Of a stretch of 64,000 nt of DNA, positions 26,074 to 39,900 are shown in pieces; within the stretch, counting starts at the first letter, position 1; every line of letters starts with the position of its first letter. The notes under the pieces are model-generated. The model was not told where the DNA came from. It ran no database searches and saw only the letters and a program-made list of their open reading frames with translations. The stretch spans positions 20,567,700 to 20,631,699 of the forward strand of contig OZ037768.1 of NCBI GenBank assembly GCA_964035545.1, given 5' to 3'. The DNA comes from Bugula neritina (taxonomy: Eukaryota > Animalia > Bryozoa). The translations under genes were made by a program, and so were the position numbers.

Positions 26074-29000
26074 CTAATCGGTTGAGAAATATGAGGAAGT
26101 AGGAGTATTCAGCGAGGAGACATCAGTGTGGAATTTTCTCATGTATGACTCATCAACCGTCTCCATTTGGTGCACTGGATGAGTACACAGAACTTCTTTC
26201 ATTGTTTCGGGAGGTAATAAACCTTTACAGATCTTATCGAGCACCACAAACATTGGAAACCTGCAGAAAGGATATTATTTTAGAGTTGGAAGTTTCACGG
26301 TAAAATTCTATTTTAATCTATTCTAAAACTAGCATAAAAACTACACAGCATATAAAGGGCACAGACCTACAGTAGAAAGTATACATTCACAATCGATCCA
26401 TGGATTAATCTCAACTAGATCTCGGCCATTTTTATTTTTTCGAAGACGGGTGAACTAAATATATGCAACTGAATTTATACCTATCCTTCACATAATAAAA
26501 GGCAGCTTTGAAAGATCAAAAAGATCATGTAATAGAAAAATGATCAAACTGAACACATTTCTCAGATGAAATGGGCCAATATTTGAGATTAATCCATGGA
26601 ATACGGTGATTATTCTCACTATGACAAAACATTCTCTACCAACTAACTATACAGACAGGCTTTTGACATAGACTTACGACTTCTCCAGATTTCGTTGCCT
26701 CAACATAACATTGACTTCAGTAGCTGTAGGCGGGCCTTGCAGTTTCTGTCCATTCAGCATTTCCTTCTCTAGCACTTCAATACTCTACACAAATTTCATG
26801 TTACAGTTTATTTTCCAACTAGTAATACAAAGAAGGTTTTTTACTTACTTTATGCTATATTAATCACTCAACTCCCTATAAAACAATTATGTTATTCAAT
26901 AAAAACAATACATTGTATAGACTAGGTAGCAGAAAGTTTTGCTGCTTATATTTCTAAAAAGAAACTTTAGCTGTAATAGAGTTTGTAAAGTTATCTTTCC
27001 ATCAGTAAATTATATACACAGAGGTGATGGTGACACCATAGCACTCTGAGGATAGCTAGACAATAATTAGCTCCTCATGGATACATCTTCAACCTGACCT
27101 ACACTTTTATTAGTACCAAAATTGTATTTTTACAGTGCTTCCTTACAATAAACTTTTCTTAGTCTAAAGTACAACATTGTGGAGCTTCTAGCTGCAACCA
27201 ACAAGTTCTAGCACTACTGAGAACAACGTAGCACCTGCCCACCTTGCCAGTTGTTACCATAGCAGCAGCCACCTTTCTGTTTCTGCCTCCGTAACACGTG
27301 GTGACCAAGTCGGCCACGCCACAACTTTCCAGGAAGGTAGAGGGTTGAGTGTTTTCATAAAATGTATCAACAAATTTGATCATCTCCATAAGACCGAGCC
27401 TTATAACTGCTGCCTTAGCGTTGTCGCCGTAGTCTAGTCCGTCCGCAATTCCAGCCCCTAGCGCTACTATATTCTACAATAGTACAGGCAAAAATGATAA
27501 TACAGGTGATACTCTACTAGGACATGCTATACAAACATGGCTACTCACTTTACAATACGGTGACTCGCTTCACTCACTATACAGTAAAAAACTGCTCGAT
27601 TGACAGGACTAGATGGCAAGGCTTTGCATGAACAAACGAATTTTATGCATTAGCAGTGTCTCAATATTGAATATTTTACAGAGTTTCATTACAGTTGCCA
27701 ATAGATACTAATATAGAGAAAGTTTTGCTTATCACTACAACAGGACACAGGTTGTGAAAGGTTACAGAAAACTTATGTTTAGGAGGGAGGAGAGGCTAAG
27801 CATTTAGTGTTGAAGCACCACTGCAGCCTGATTGAAGCTAATTTTATATTGTTTTCATTGATAATATGCAGTAACTGAACACAGAGAATATGGGAGAAGA
27901 CTATGGAAAAGAGAGAAATGAGATGAAGGGGAAAGTTTTGAACAACTCAAGCTGAAAGTGAAAACATGCAAAATTCAACAGCCTTACTGGACGATTGGTT
28001 CTATAAGCAGCTCTGAGTGGGGGTGATTAATGTACCTTCTCAAGTTTGGAGTTGGGTTATTGAAACCCCAGCTAAACTTTGAGAACCACAAACTACTGAA
28101 CTCAGTCACCCCCCAACTCTTACAGAACAGCTTACAGAACCATTCTTACTGGACACAAAACCGATAGCCTCATCACCTACATGTCTTATAACAGAGATGG
28201 TACCTGCCTTCAAAGCCCCGCAGATTTCAACTGTTGCTGCATCTTCAACAACCACTAGTCTGAAATATTCAGTCTGAAGAAGTCTTTTCAGCACTAAGCC
28301 ATCCGCTAATACCTTTGCACCTATAGAAAAGTTATATAATCTATCCATCTTTACTGCATCACCAGTTAAGCTGACCAATGAAACTTAATGCTAAATACAA
28401 TTTCAATAAATACAAACTGCACAACAACCTATTGAGAAACTTAAATTAAACAAGGAAAATCATTGGCTTTTGTATATATGCATTATATAAACAGCACTGA
28501 CCGACTATACTTATCAATAGAATATAACAGCAGTTTAGGTGATGCAATAAATTCATACCTATACAACCCTAATATACAGTAGATATTAGAGCCTATAATA
28601 CCAGCAATTTTATAGCAGAAGATTAACTTGCCAACTGTGGCATTACAACACCAACCTACCAACTGTGGCCTCACAGTACTAACTTACCAACAGTAGCTTC
28701 ACAATATTTCTCTTCAGCCACTTCACCAGCCAGGTTAGCTCCCATAAGAACATGGCAAGGGATTGAGAGACACTCTGTTATAATGTCGGAGATGAGAAGC
28801 AACCCACCTCCCTCCTTAACATCTAACCCCTACATGTCCAAGTAAAAATACAGCAATAGAAGTGACAGGTGCTTGGCAACACCCAACAGTTTCAGTTCTA
28901 AATCTCAGCATACTGAAAGCTAATATATTAGTATGAAATTTATAGCTTATTAGACAAGTTTTAATTTTGCATGAGTGAGCAAAACTTCAGCGTATGTAGG

Positions 29001-31028
29001 AGGGAGAAAACTAAAGCATCTTTTTCCAACTTCTATTCCCCCTTCTTCTCTCACCACCCGCCAAAAAAACTAAGCTACACAGTTATAATATATCTCTTTG
29101 TCAATTAGTAAATCTATTTTAGGTTCAGGTAAACGAGGTAGGTACAGTAATGGAGAAATTGAGAAAAGCCTGTGTTCTAGATTAAAAATGTAGCAAAAGA
29201 AGTCATGTTTTAGCAAGAACTTCAACCTAAGCCCTTAACAGAAATTTGATATTAAAATTAAAGAACTTAGCCTATCTCAATTTCCCACTACTGCTCCTAA
29301 GGGAGATAAACTGTGTGCTAACAGATGCTGTAACAATTTGATCTCTACTGATGTAACTAACTACTTGTGTGTTATAGTGGGGATAAACAGGATACAGCAG
29401 CTTGCAGGAATTTTATTATGCAGCAATGAATTTAATAGTTTTCACAGATGTTAGGTCAATAATCGTACTTCTATAATAAGCTAGGCATTACTGCTGGGTG
29501 ATAACAGCTACTTATCTGACAATGTTATACAAACCCATAATAACAAAAAAAAATGGTTTTACTGCCTTTGCAACAATTCTAAAATGTGTAACTCGTAGCT
29601 GATCTATTTCAAAATTGCTAAATAAATGACTGACCACAGTGAGTAAAAAATGACCAAATTCAAAATGGTTTTAGACTTTTAGTTAATGGCAAGACTTGAA
29701 AACATCTTGAATAAATAATTATACCTGTTTCTCAGAAACTAAATTTATGATTTCCAGTTGATAAAAAAACTTATACACTTGAAAACAAGATGGCAGCAGA
29801 AAACAGTATTACTTGCAAGTAATTTTGCAAAACTGCAAACCAATAACCTATACAAAAAAACATTTAACAAATACCTTAATCAAAGACACTGCAATGGCAC
29901 TTTTCTTCATTTTACCATTAAGCTGCTTGCAGAGAGCTCTGATAAACTGATGAGGTACAACAAATATGAGAATGTCAGCGCCATCGGCAGCAGTCGCTAG
30001 GTCAGTCACTGCTCGCTGTATAGACATATCAAGAGGGATCATTTAACTTTAGATATAATGTACAAATCAATGGGGAGCCTGCAAGTGAACTACTGTACAG
30101 TTCAGAGACTATGTTAGCTACTAACATCTAGTGGCAATAGTCGCTTTGGTTTGTTAAAAGCTAATCAGCACAAGTTAGAAGGAGTATACATGAAAAACAT
30201 GTATGCAATAAAAACTATAAACAAAATAAAAAACTGTAATGTTGTCTTATTTTTAATGGTAAACTCAAGATTCTAAAATAAATCCATTTCATACAGTTTT
30301 ATGCAAATAAAAATAGGTTTTTTAAATACAACTCATCAAATTAAGCAGAATAGAAATTTTTTTGTACACTGTAAGCATGAGGATCTCCACACATACAGCC
30401 ACTCAACTTACAACATTTTCTGGCAATTTGATCCCAGGAAGATATTTCTTGTTTTCATGGTCTTGATTTATAACTTCTGATAATTTTCTACCCTCAAACA
30501 TTTCTTCATACACATACATATTGATGTTAGAGTTAAACTCATCACTGCCTTTTTGTAAATTACTTCCAACTATTTTAGCTATGGCCGAGCCCCTGTAGTT
30601 ACACAGGAAAGTTATCAGCTAATTTAAGATTTGTAAGAATAGATTTTGTATTTTATATACTTAAAGAATTTATTTTGGAAATTTGTATTACGTTGATTGC
30701 TTCACAAAATTCGTCACAACGTCACAAATTTAAACCATGCAGCTGTGATAAGAAGTAAAGACCAGAAATATTGCAAGGTTGGTGCAAAAATATATAATCT
30801 GTTTAAAACTCATATTTCGGCACATTAGCTACTAATAGGAAAAAGTGCAAGCTGACTTAATATCAACACCTTAGCATTTCACTCATGCTGGTGCTAGTGC
30901 ATAGTTCTTTTTATATATTGTTTTCCAGTCTAGTTATAAAAGGTAAATGATTCGATGCTAAACATTCAGCAGACTTACCAATTTCCAGACCCAACAATAC
31001 ACACTCTTTTCTTCTCAGCACTTGCCAT
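26074..31028 (-). CDS. GPD1: Cytosolic NAD-dependent glycerol-3-phosphate dehydrogenase; 8 coding exons
   Basis: Exons 31028-30979, 30592-30412, 30015-29875, 28829-28688, 28320-28208, 27473-27243, 26784-26678, 26260-26074. Motifs [88 protein letters not shown]. Confidence 0.96.
26397..26600. mobile_element. MITE-like element with 18-bp perfect terminal inverted repeats
   Basis: TCCATGGATTAATCTCAA ... TTGAGATTAATCCATGGA, extending imperfectly inward (ggccattt/aaatgggcc). Confidence 0.65.
27999..28139. mobile_element. Degenerate foldback/MITE copy (family of 37854-38007)
   Basis: TTCTATAAGCAGCTCTGAGT...AAACTACTGAACTCAGTCACCCCCAACTC...CAGCTTACAGAA aligns with the 37854 hairpin. Confidence 0.65.
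29145..29293. mobile_element. Possible Tc1/mariner-type MITE
   Basis: TA|CAGTAATGGAGAAATTGAGA ... TCTCAATTTCCCACTACTG imperfect terminal inverted repeats. Confidence 0.45.
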
Positions 31029-31989
31029 CACTCCTTTTGCTGAATCAGTATAACTATGCTTACTGTATCTAGTATAAAAACAGGTTTACTTGCATGGCTT
31101 GGCAGATTGAATAAATAAAACAAGGTGAACGTAGGCTTAAAAGGCATTTCTATTTGTACATACCTAACAGTAATAGTAAATCTATTAGGATCTAGTCTAG
31201 TTAAAGTTTTAGTAAAAATTTAGCTGGAGATTTCAAGACTGAAAATTAAACCGGTGCACCTAAACATTATACTATAATTTATAGTGACTCTTGCGTGTCG
31301 TAACTATAAATTTAAAAAGTGAAGTTTACAACTAGTACTACAAGTTGACGTACAAGTAAAGGCAATGTTAAAATTATAAATATTAAATAGATGGAATATT
31401 AAATTTCATATTTAAAATTGAAGTTGATGCATTCATAAAAACAAATAATAAAAGCAAATAGGCAAAACTCTGTATATAAATAATAATATAATTATAATCA
31501 TAATGATGATCATAATGATCAAGTGATAGTGATAATATTAGAAATAATAATATACCTTCTATTTTTAGTAACACTATGACTACGATTCGGACTGTTTGAG
31601 TTTCTGTTTAGGCTTAGCTTTATAAATTCCGTTGTATTCAACAGAAAAGCAGATCTCAGGTGGCTAGCTGAAGTTAGTTGGCGTAACTGAGTTTGATGAA
31701 GTGGCTGTGAGTATAGACAGGCACGAACTCGAAGTCTGTTACCAGCACTAAAAGTAGGCGTGGTACCCAATCCCCCACTGACAGTGACACTGTGATTAAG
31801 CCGAACCGTCTCAGTCTGACTCTGAGTCACAATGTGGATGGAACGCTGTGTATTTTTTACTTTAGCAATACTAATACGGCTAATGCCCAATAATGAAAAT
31901 CTTGTACTTGTAGCTCTGCCTTCTGCACAGCATGCCAGCTTAAAATTTCTAAAGAATGACATAATAACGTATCGAAACAAATATCTAAT

Positions 31990-32260
31990 AATGTAAATAC
32001 AAATCAGGCGTGCAGTTGATTGAGTTCGACCAATGGCGTTGGGAAGCTTCCATTCATGCTGCGAAGTAGTGGGAATTCAGGAAAGAATAACGTAAACATG
32101 TTTTGGTTAGATTTCGCGTAAGTCTCAGGAAGGTTTGACATGTTATTGTTTCAATCTTTCAGAGCAAAGGCTATATTATTATACGTGCCCTAGGTAAAAG
32201 ACAACATCTTGTTACCACGTGACTAAACGTAAACATTGATCACGTGATATACACATATTA
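31990..32260. promoter_or_regulatory. Putative divergent promoter GPD1 / TAX1BP1-CALCOCO with two E-boxes and two forkhead-type sites
   Basis: CCAAT at about 32030; GTAAACA at 32092 and 32229; CACGTG at 32216 and 32241; + strand donor-like GTAAGT at about 32117. Confidence 0.45.
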
Positions 32261-33915
32261 TAACCAAGCAAGTTTTGCTCAGCGTGATTTTGCCTACAGC
32301 TGTCTAATATTATGAGTGTGACAGTTGCAGTATTAGATTTAGTATTACTATAAGTATAAGTATAAGACTAACTTTTAAGTATTCACTTTCAGTCACTAAA
32401 TCTTATACTAATACAGTGATATTATTATAATAAAATTATATTATTGAATCTATTTATAAATAATAATACATATGTATATTCATATTGTATATGTGATATA
32501 CTTAGTCTTATAGTTATACTTATACTTATAGTTATTGTTATACTTATAGTTATACTTATACTGTTCTAGTTATACTTATACTTATACTTATACTTATAGT
32601 ATTAATTTACTATTAGTATTAGACTATTAGTATTACTATTACTATTAGTATTAGTCTATAGTTATAGAATATAATATTACTATTGGTAATAGTAATATTA
32701 TATTCTATAACTATAGACTAATAGTATTACTAATAGTAGTAGTATTACTATTAGTATTACTAGTAGATTTAGTTATGCTTGATCTTATATTTATAGTTAT
32801 ACTACTTATAGTTTAAGTTATACTATTAGTATTAGAGTAATAGTAGTAGTAATTCACTAATAGTAATACTAATAGTAATAGTAATATACTAATAGTAATA
32901 ATGGAAGAGTTTAGACCTAGAGTGAATTACAAATAATCATTATAAGAATAAATATTCATTGTCACTGATAGTTCAGTGGTAGTGATGCTAATAGAGTTAC
33001 TGCAAAGTGTAAAGTCATGGTGATACTGATAGTCATAATCATAATCAGTGATAATGATAATGATGATCAGGATATCGGTATAGTTAGTAATACTAATAGT
33101 ATTAGTAATACCTATTATTAATATTTATATTAACATTTATTTCTAAAAGTGATTACTATTGTGATCATGATCTGTTAAGATGTTCATGCTCTACTGTGAC
33201 TAACAACTCATTCCCGCTACACTCTGTCATACCAAACTTGTCGGACACTGTGATTGTGACTGTCAGTGTCAGCCATATCATTACAAGTATAAAATTATGG
33301 CAATCTATTCACTCTTTCAGTTTCACATTGGCTCATTGAGTTTGACTATACCTATTTTCATTTATTTTGGTTACTAATTTTATTTGAATTATTTTTGTAT
33401 CAAGTAATTAACTAATAATATTCATGATAAAAGCTCAGTAAATGTGATTTAGGAAATGCATACATGTTTAGAAATTAACTAGTGTTGCATGGCAAATTTT
33501 AGTTTCAGATATTCATGCAATCAATATTAGTTAGTATATTACTATATAGTTATCGTAGTCTAAATAGTTCAGTGGTTCAAAGATTTAGTTCAAAATAGAC
33601 TTCATATATAAAAGTATAGTTATAGTACAGTTATGCTACATCAAGGGCAAGGGATATCTTTTTTATTCTACTATTGGGTAATTCTTTAAGAATTTGTCAT
33701 AGTTGAGTGGTGGTAGGTATAAAAATAGGCTAAGAGACTTCATTATATGTGGGCTAGGTACATTCTTAATTGATGAGCCATTATAAATGCTGTTAAGTTG
33801 GCAATATAGAAACTGGCATATTATTTGGAATCTTTGTATCTAATAAACCTCTTACACAAGTGTTTCTTTTTATCCTACAACTTGTACCTTTACACATCAT
33901 CTTAATTTATAGAAT

Positions 33916-36900
33916 ATGGCTGACTTCCGAGGCATGGTTTCTTTTGAAACAATAGCCAAAACCTATCCAACAGACACCAACATTGATTGTGTGTATGTGA
34001 TGAAAGAGGCTCACAATCCGTCTGCATATGACTGGATTGGTCTGTTCAAAGTGGGATGGTCGAGTATCAAAGACACAGTATACTACCACTGGGTTCCGTT
34101 ACCTGACAGAACGGCAGGGGAAGAGTTTCGTGGGACCTTAGTCTTTCAAGGTAAGCTTAAGTTCACATCTCTAGCAAGAAGTTGACTTGACACGGGTTTT
34201 AGAAGGGGCCCAGCTGTTTTTCTGTGATATTGGCTGATTAAACCAAATTGAAAACAGCCATTGTCACACCTACAGACTGCTATGATGATGATGGCTGAAA
34301 TTTACTTGAGTGTTAGTCATCTAACAGAATGTGTGTTCTTGTAGCATCCATTCTTCCCAAAGACGATGGCGAGTTCTACCAGTTTGCCTATTTCAACGGC
34401 AAGAAGAAGATGTGCGGAGCTAGTTCTCCCTTCCAGTTCAGAGCTCCAAGAAGTGAAGACTTTGTGGAAGAAGATATGCCAGATGACGAGGAAATGTTGC
34501 TGATAACCACCAAACAGGTGCAGCTGGAGGAGAATCTCAATAAGTTGGAAGATGAGCGAAGAACATTGTCTAAGGTGTGATACTGTAACTTAGCGTTGAA
34601 CATTGCGTAACTGAGTAATTGACATTGCTTTGAGCTTTAGTTGTTCATGCCTTTCCATGATTATGGCTTAGCTGTTTAGGGTTAGGTTTAGTCCATGGAA
34701 GCTACTAAAGAATTTAAAATTGTGTTGCTCAGCTTTCTCTGTGGAATCCATTTAACCTGCTTTGTTATTGTATACAGCTTGCAGCTGTTTGATTATAAGG
34801 TTACTGTATAGCTTTGTGTAATCAGTTGCTTGTTGTCACAGGGTTGTAGTTAGTACTTTCTTCTATTTTTATTAGAAATGAAGCTTTATTACGTAACAGT
34901 GATGGGGGACAGTGGAAAAGATCAATTTTCATCCCAGTGATTTTAAAACGTAATTTTAATTGTACATAATTCTCCAAGATTAAGGGCCTTTTAGTTAGAT
35001 TTCATATTATGTGTTGATCTTTATGTAAACTCTCACTAGGTAAAATTGTCACATCTTGCTGGTTTCACTGAACTTTCTAGAAGCATATAGCTGTTTGTAC
35101 TGCTAGCTGTATTAAGGTGCTTTTGTTCCTAGTAGTGATTACTGTCTAATAGGTAAAAATAATACTGCCTTTTGTCCTCAAAAGTTCAGGTTAGAATATG
35201 CATTAAATGGCTTTATCTGCCACTCTATTGGTAATTTTGTTCGTTCCATGGTAGCACCACCTTCTGCCTAGAAGGTATTTCATCATGGTTGTCATGCCTA
35301 TTCAACTTCCTTATCACAAGGGAAACTACTAGTTTATTTTCTAGTGAAATCATAATCTTTATTTATGATAACTGCCAGCTGAGTATGATTGTTAGTTATG
35401 TTAGCTCAAATAGACCTCTTAGCTTGTAAACTAAAACTGCTATCTTTTGCTTCCATGACTGCCATAGCTGCGTATTGATTTTCCATTATTATGTATTCAC
35501 CTAATTATTGCATCATGCTTGATGAGAAAAAAGTTTAACTTGGGAATTTCCACAAACAAACTACGTATTGTTCTTAATTTCATATAAGCAGCGTCATTGC
35601 TGGGGTGTTGGCTGTCACATAAGCGAAACTTTACAATTACTCCCCAGTATCGTATTAGTAATATTCATGTAGCCATGATTATGATTCACTCGCTGATACA
35701 AAACTGGAAATTACAATTAGCATTTGATGATGTAACTATTCTGCTGTAACCTCCAGTGTGATTGAAAGCTTAGTCCACATTCTAGAATCTAGATTGATAA
35801 GGCTTGTTGTTAGTTGGCCTTGAGTGGGTGATAGCTTTTCATCATCAATATTTACCATACCTAGACACTGCAGTTTAGTCTTACTAGGCAATTCCTGGCC
35901 CGTCTCCAAGAACAACTTATAATTATCTTTGCCAGTGTCTATTATTCCACCTTATGTTCAGTTATCACAACTACTAGTATATGCAGTCCGACTTAGTCAT
36001 ATTCATAATGTGAGGGTATGTATAATAATGGCTATTTATATCTGGTGTTGTTAGACCTGTGAGGAGCTAAGTGCAGAGAATAATGAACTACGAACTCAAT
36101 GTGACTCTCTCAAAGCAAGACTTGAGGAGATGGAGTTTGAAAGAGATAGCATACGCATATCCTTGGAGGTAAATACTGTGTGAAGATGCAATACTATGTA
36201 ATTTTTTGTTTATATTATCCTGCTGGTTGCTATGGTTACAGTAATGCCACCTGATCTTGAGTAACATTGGGAGATGTGAAGGGATTGTGCAACTGAACAG
36301 ATTCGATACACTCCATTCAACTTTACTTACATATTTGTTAAGTAGTGGCTGATAGAGGAAATTGTGGTGCAGCCCTTCCTACTTCACTAATATATGTACT
36401 CTTACTAAAATATATAGTATATTCCTATTAATTTACATATTTATTCCAACGAGTATATAACTGTGCTTAGGCTCTGAAAGTCGAGGCAGAAGTTTTAACC
36501 CAAAAGGCTGACGACTCTGAGAATACTGCTGCAGGGCTGAAAGAGGTGAGTGGAACTGAGCAAATTTCACACAAGCCTGAACAACTATGGGTGTTGAAAT
36601 TAGTAAACCTTTAATAACCAGCGATGTGTTTCACATGTAATGCTTTGTTAGTAACTATTGCAGGATATGAAAGGCCTACATCTTGTTTTAATCACCTTCC
36701 TTTAAAGATGGTTCCATCTAATCAAGGTATGTGTGCATTTTTCTGAATGATGACTGTGTTGTTTACAGGCAATAGAGGATGCCGAACAGAAGAAGGCATC
36801 AGCTGACGAAAAACTGACCGAACAAAGTGAGAGAATTCTCCAGTTACAGAATGAGTTGGACGCCGTCAGAGGTGAGGTGGAGAATGTAAAGCGGGAGAAA

Positions 36901-39900
36901 GAACTGCACTACCATCACTTCACTGCTGAGTCGTCTTCTAAACAGGAGGCCTTGCGTCAAGTTAGTTCTTTGCTGACACTTCCCATAACTGTGAAATATT
37001 GGGAATTGGTTGATTATCCTTTACTTTTAGGTATGACCTATTTGGTGATTAGTTATCTGGCATGAATAAATATTTATGCCAGATAACTAAGCATGGTTTT
37101 ATCGGAATATGGTAAAATGTTTACATTGTGTAATCACCAGTTAGTATTTGCCATGTTTTCAAAATGCTGCCTAGGATAAAAGCAGAAACAATTTCAAATG
37201 TGGTAGACCTACTTAACTAGTTGGACATTCCAGATTGATGTGAAGTAAAATCAGGTCATGCTTGTGTACTGTAATGTGCAAAAGGTGCCAAGTACCTACA
37301 GAATTCTACATGCTGGGGGAATTCACAGAATAGCTTAAGATCCGACTGAAAATTGCGACATAAAAATTCCCAATTGACTCAACAATCACATAAAACATGC
37401 TGGCTCTGATATTTAGTGATTGGTGACTGCTTATTGCCTGGCTCTACCCCCTCATTTTCGAACAGGGCGGATTCACTGTTCAGAGCATACAACTCCTAAA
37501 ATAAATAATTATCTGTCGAGCATTAGTTCGCCTTGGAACTAATTTATGTGCTGTTACAGAATTTCAGATTTGATGAGATTTTAGTATTAGTATTAAGTGT
37601 GAAGAAATTACGTAAAACGTATTTCAGGTGCAGGAGCTCAAACAGAACCTGGCGGAAAGACAGATAGATGGTAATCGTGTACAGATGCTGGAGGCAGCTT
37701 TGCGAGAGTCTGAGAAAGACCTTAAAGACATGAGTGAAGAGTTGGAGCTTCGAGAGGTTTGTGTGCAGTCTGTCTGTGTGTCTTCCTTTATGTGTTGGAT
37801 TTGTATGAGTTTATGGGCATTAGTAGCTGTCAATTCCTGAGACGGTAAAATCCTTCTATGAACAGCTCGGAGTTAGGAATGACTGAGTGCAGTAGTTTGG
37901 GATTCTTGAGTTTGGAGTTGGAGGTTTAAGTTGGAACTTTGAACTCCGAACTCGAGAATTCTAAACTACTGCACTCAGTCACTCCCAACTCGGAGCTGTT
38001 TATAGAATGATTTGAGATAGTATAGTAAGTGACTTGCACACCCGCCTCTGCTGGTACCAAGTGGTGCCTGAGTTTATGGTCAGGCTGTCATACGAACCAG
38101 TAATTAAGTCATTTGTGGTGCTTACTGGCTACTAGTGGTTTCTAGTCTTTCGCAGACACACTTGGTAGTTTGGTTAGAGCTATGCATTTGCAGCTCTTTT
38201 CGTCTCCAATAAGAAAACATCAGCAGACTATAACATGGGAGCAGCTGTGGTCTAGGGGTTAGAGCGTTTGCCAAGTAAGCACGAAGTTATGGGTTCGAAC
38301 CGACAAAGGCCATTAGTGATGTTAGGAAAACATCCAGTCATAATTGCTCCTGTGCCTCATCTGAATAAGTCTTTAGCCCTATTTAACAAAAACCTTCCGT
38401 CGGGGTTTCTCACAGGGATGGTGACTATAAACTTGTGTGAGTAGACTATAACATAATTGTTGACCAACATCTACTATACTTGAGATTCTATGTTGGCAGA
38501 AATTATGATGTGCAATAAATTGTCTGGCAGAGCCAAGCTGTGGTACTCTTCACATACATTGACCTCTCTTACTCTATACTGTTACAGAACAGGCTGTCGG
38601 TGCAGAAGGATAAGCTAGATGCTGTAGAAGCAAGACATCAGTTGGACAAGGAAGAGCTGAGTGCATTGAGTGCCACTCTGGAGATTCTCTCGCAGAAGAC
38701 CGAGACTGTCCAGGGTGAGAACTATGAGTATAAACAGAAAGTAGAGGAATTGAGAACGAAGCATCAAACCGAAAAGGCCGACTGGGATGTGACACTGGAG
38801 GAGCTAGCAAAGGTGTGTCCTCGTCACTCGCTTTATTCTTGTCTCGCATTAGAAAGTTTAAGATTTGGAGTATGTGCATCAGAAAAGTAGGTTCATTATA
38901 AATGCATTATGTCATATTGTACGGTGCCTTTTTTTATAATTTTGCTTTCCTGCAATATAGAATATATTTTGCACCATGCAATGCTACACAATTCTTATTG
39001 GAATCAGTACAGTTTTAATAATGCTAACAGTGTCAAGTGACTAGCTTTAGAGAACAACAATATACAATCAAGCAATGTTGATGGTTCTTATTTACTGTAA
39101 CTTCTGATAAAGTAAAGCTTAGCTCTGTAGAATGGAGACTCCAGTGTGCCAAGCACATGTCATGTCATGTCACTCAAATTGGCAACACTTGCAGTTAGTT
39201 GTATATCTTAATGACAGATCTGGTCAATGCCAGGTTTATTAAGTTTGTCAATTTATCACATTGCCACTTGTTTTCTACCTTTCATGGGCAGTATTCATTT
39301 TGTGGTCATCTATGATACTTGTGTATTGATTAATTATATTGCGTGTATATAATAAAGTATATAATTAACCCTTTATATAGGAAAAAAAATGGTTTACTAC
39401 TATCTAAGATATTTCATGCAATACATGTGATATATATTTATAATATACATCACATGTTTGCATAAAATATATAATATAATATATAATCTCATATAAATAT
39501 ATATGGTATAATAATGTATAACGTTTACCTTAAATATAGGAAAAGAATGGCCTGCTATCCAAGATATGTGAACTGACACACGCAATGGAGCAGATGAAGA
39601 AGCAAACCGTTGATATCGCCGTGCTGAGTGAGCAGGAAGCCGGAATGGTTGCGCTGAGGACGGCATATGACAATGTTAAAGCTAGACTGGCAGAGAAGGA
39701 GAAAGAGTTGGGTGTCCAGCGTGTCAGAGCTGTGAGTAATCTCATAGGTTCCGGCTATCTTGTTCTATGTACTCAGTGAACTGGCCAGTTGTCGGATAGT
39801 TGGATGTTCAAAGAGTAAAGAAAACTGTACTTTTTATTGCAGGCAAAGCTGAAGGATGCGGACAAACAAATCCAAGAGCTGCAGCAAAAAATTGCAGCCG

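Noticed and set aside
26266-26277. ATATCCTTT as a U12-type donor (RBM48 nearby)
   Set aside because: It is part of the acceptor pyrimidine tract of a normal GT-AG intron; no U12 intron was needed in any gene model.
31519-31980. 153-aa ORF upstream of GPD1
   Set aside because: TTG start, no recognisable domain, lies in the 5' non-coding/low-complexity region.
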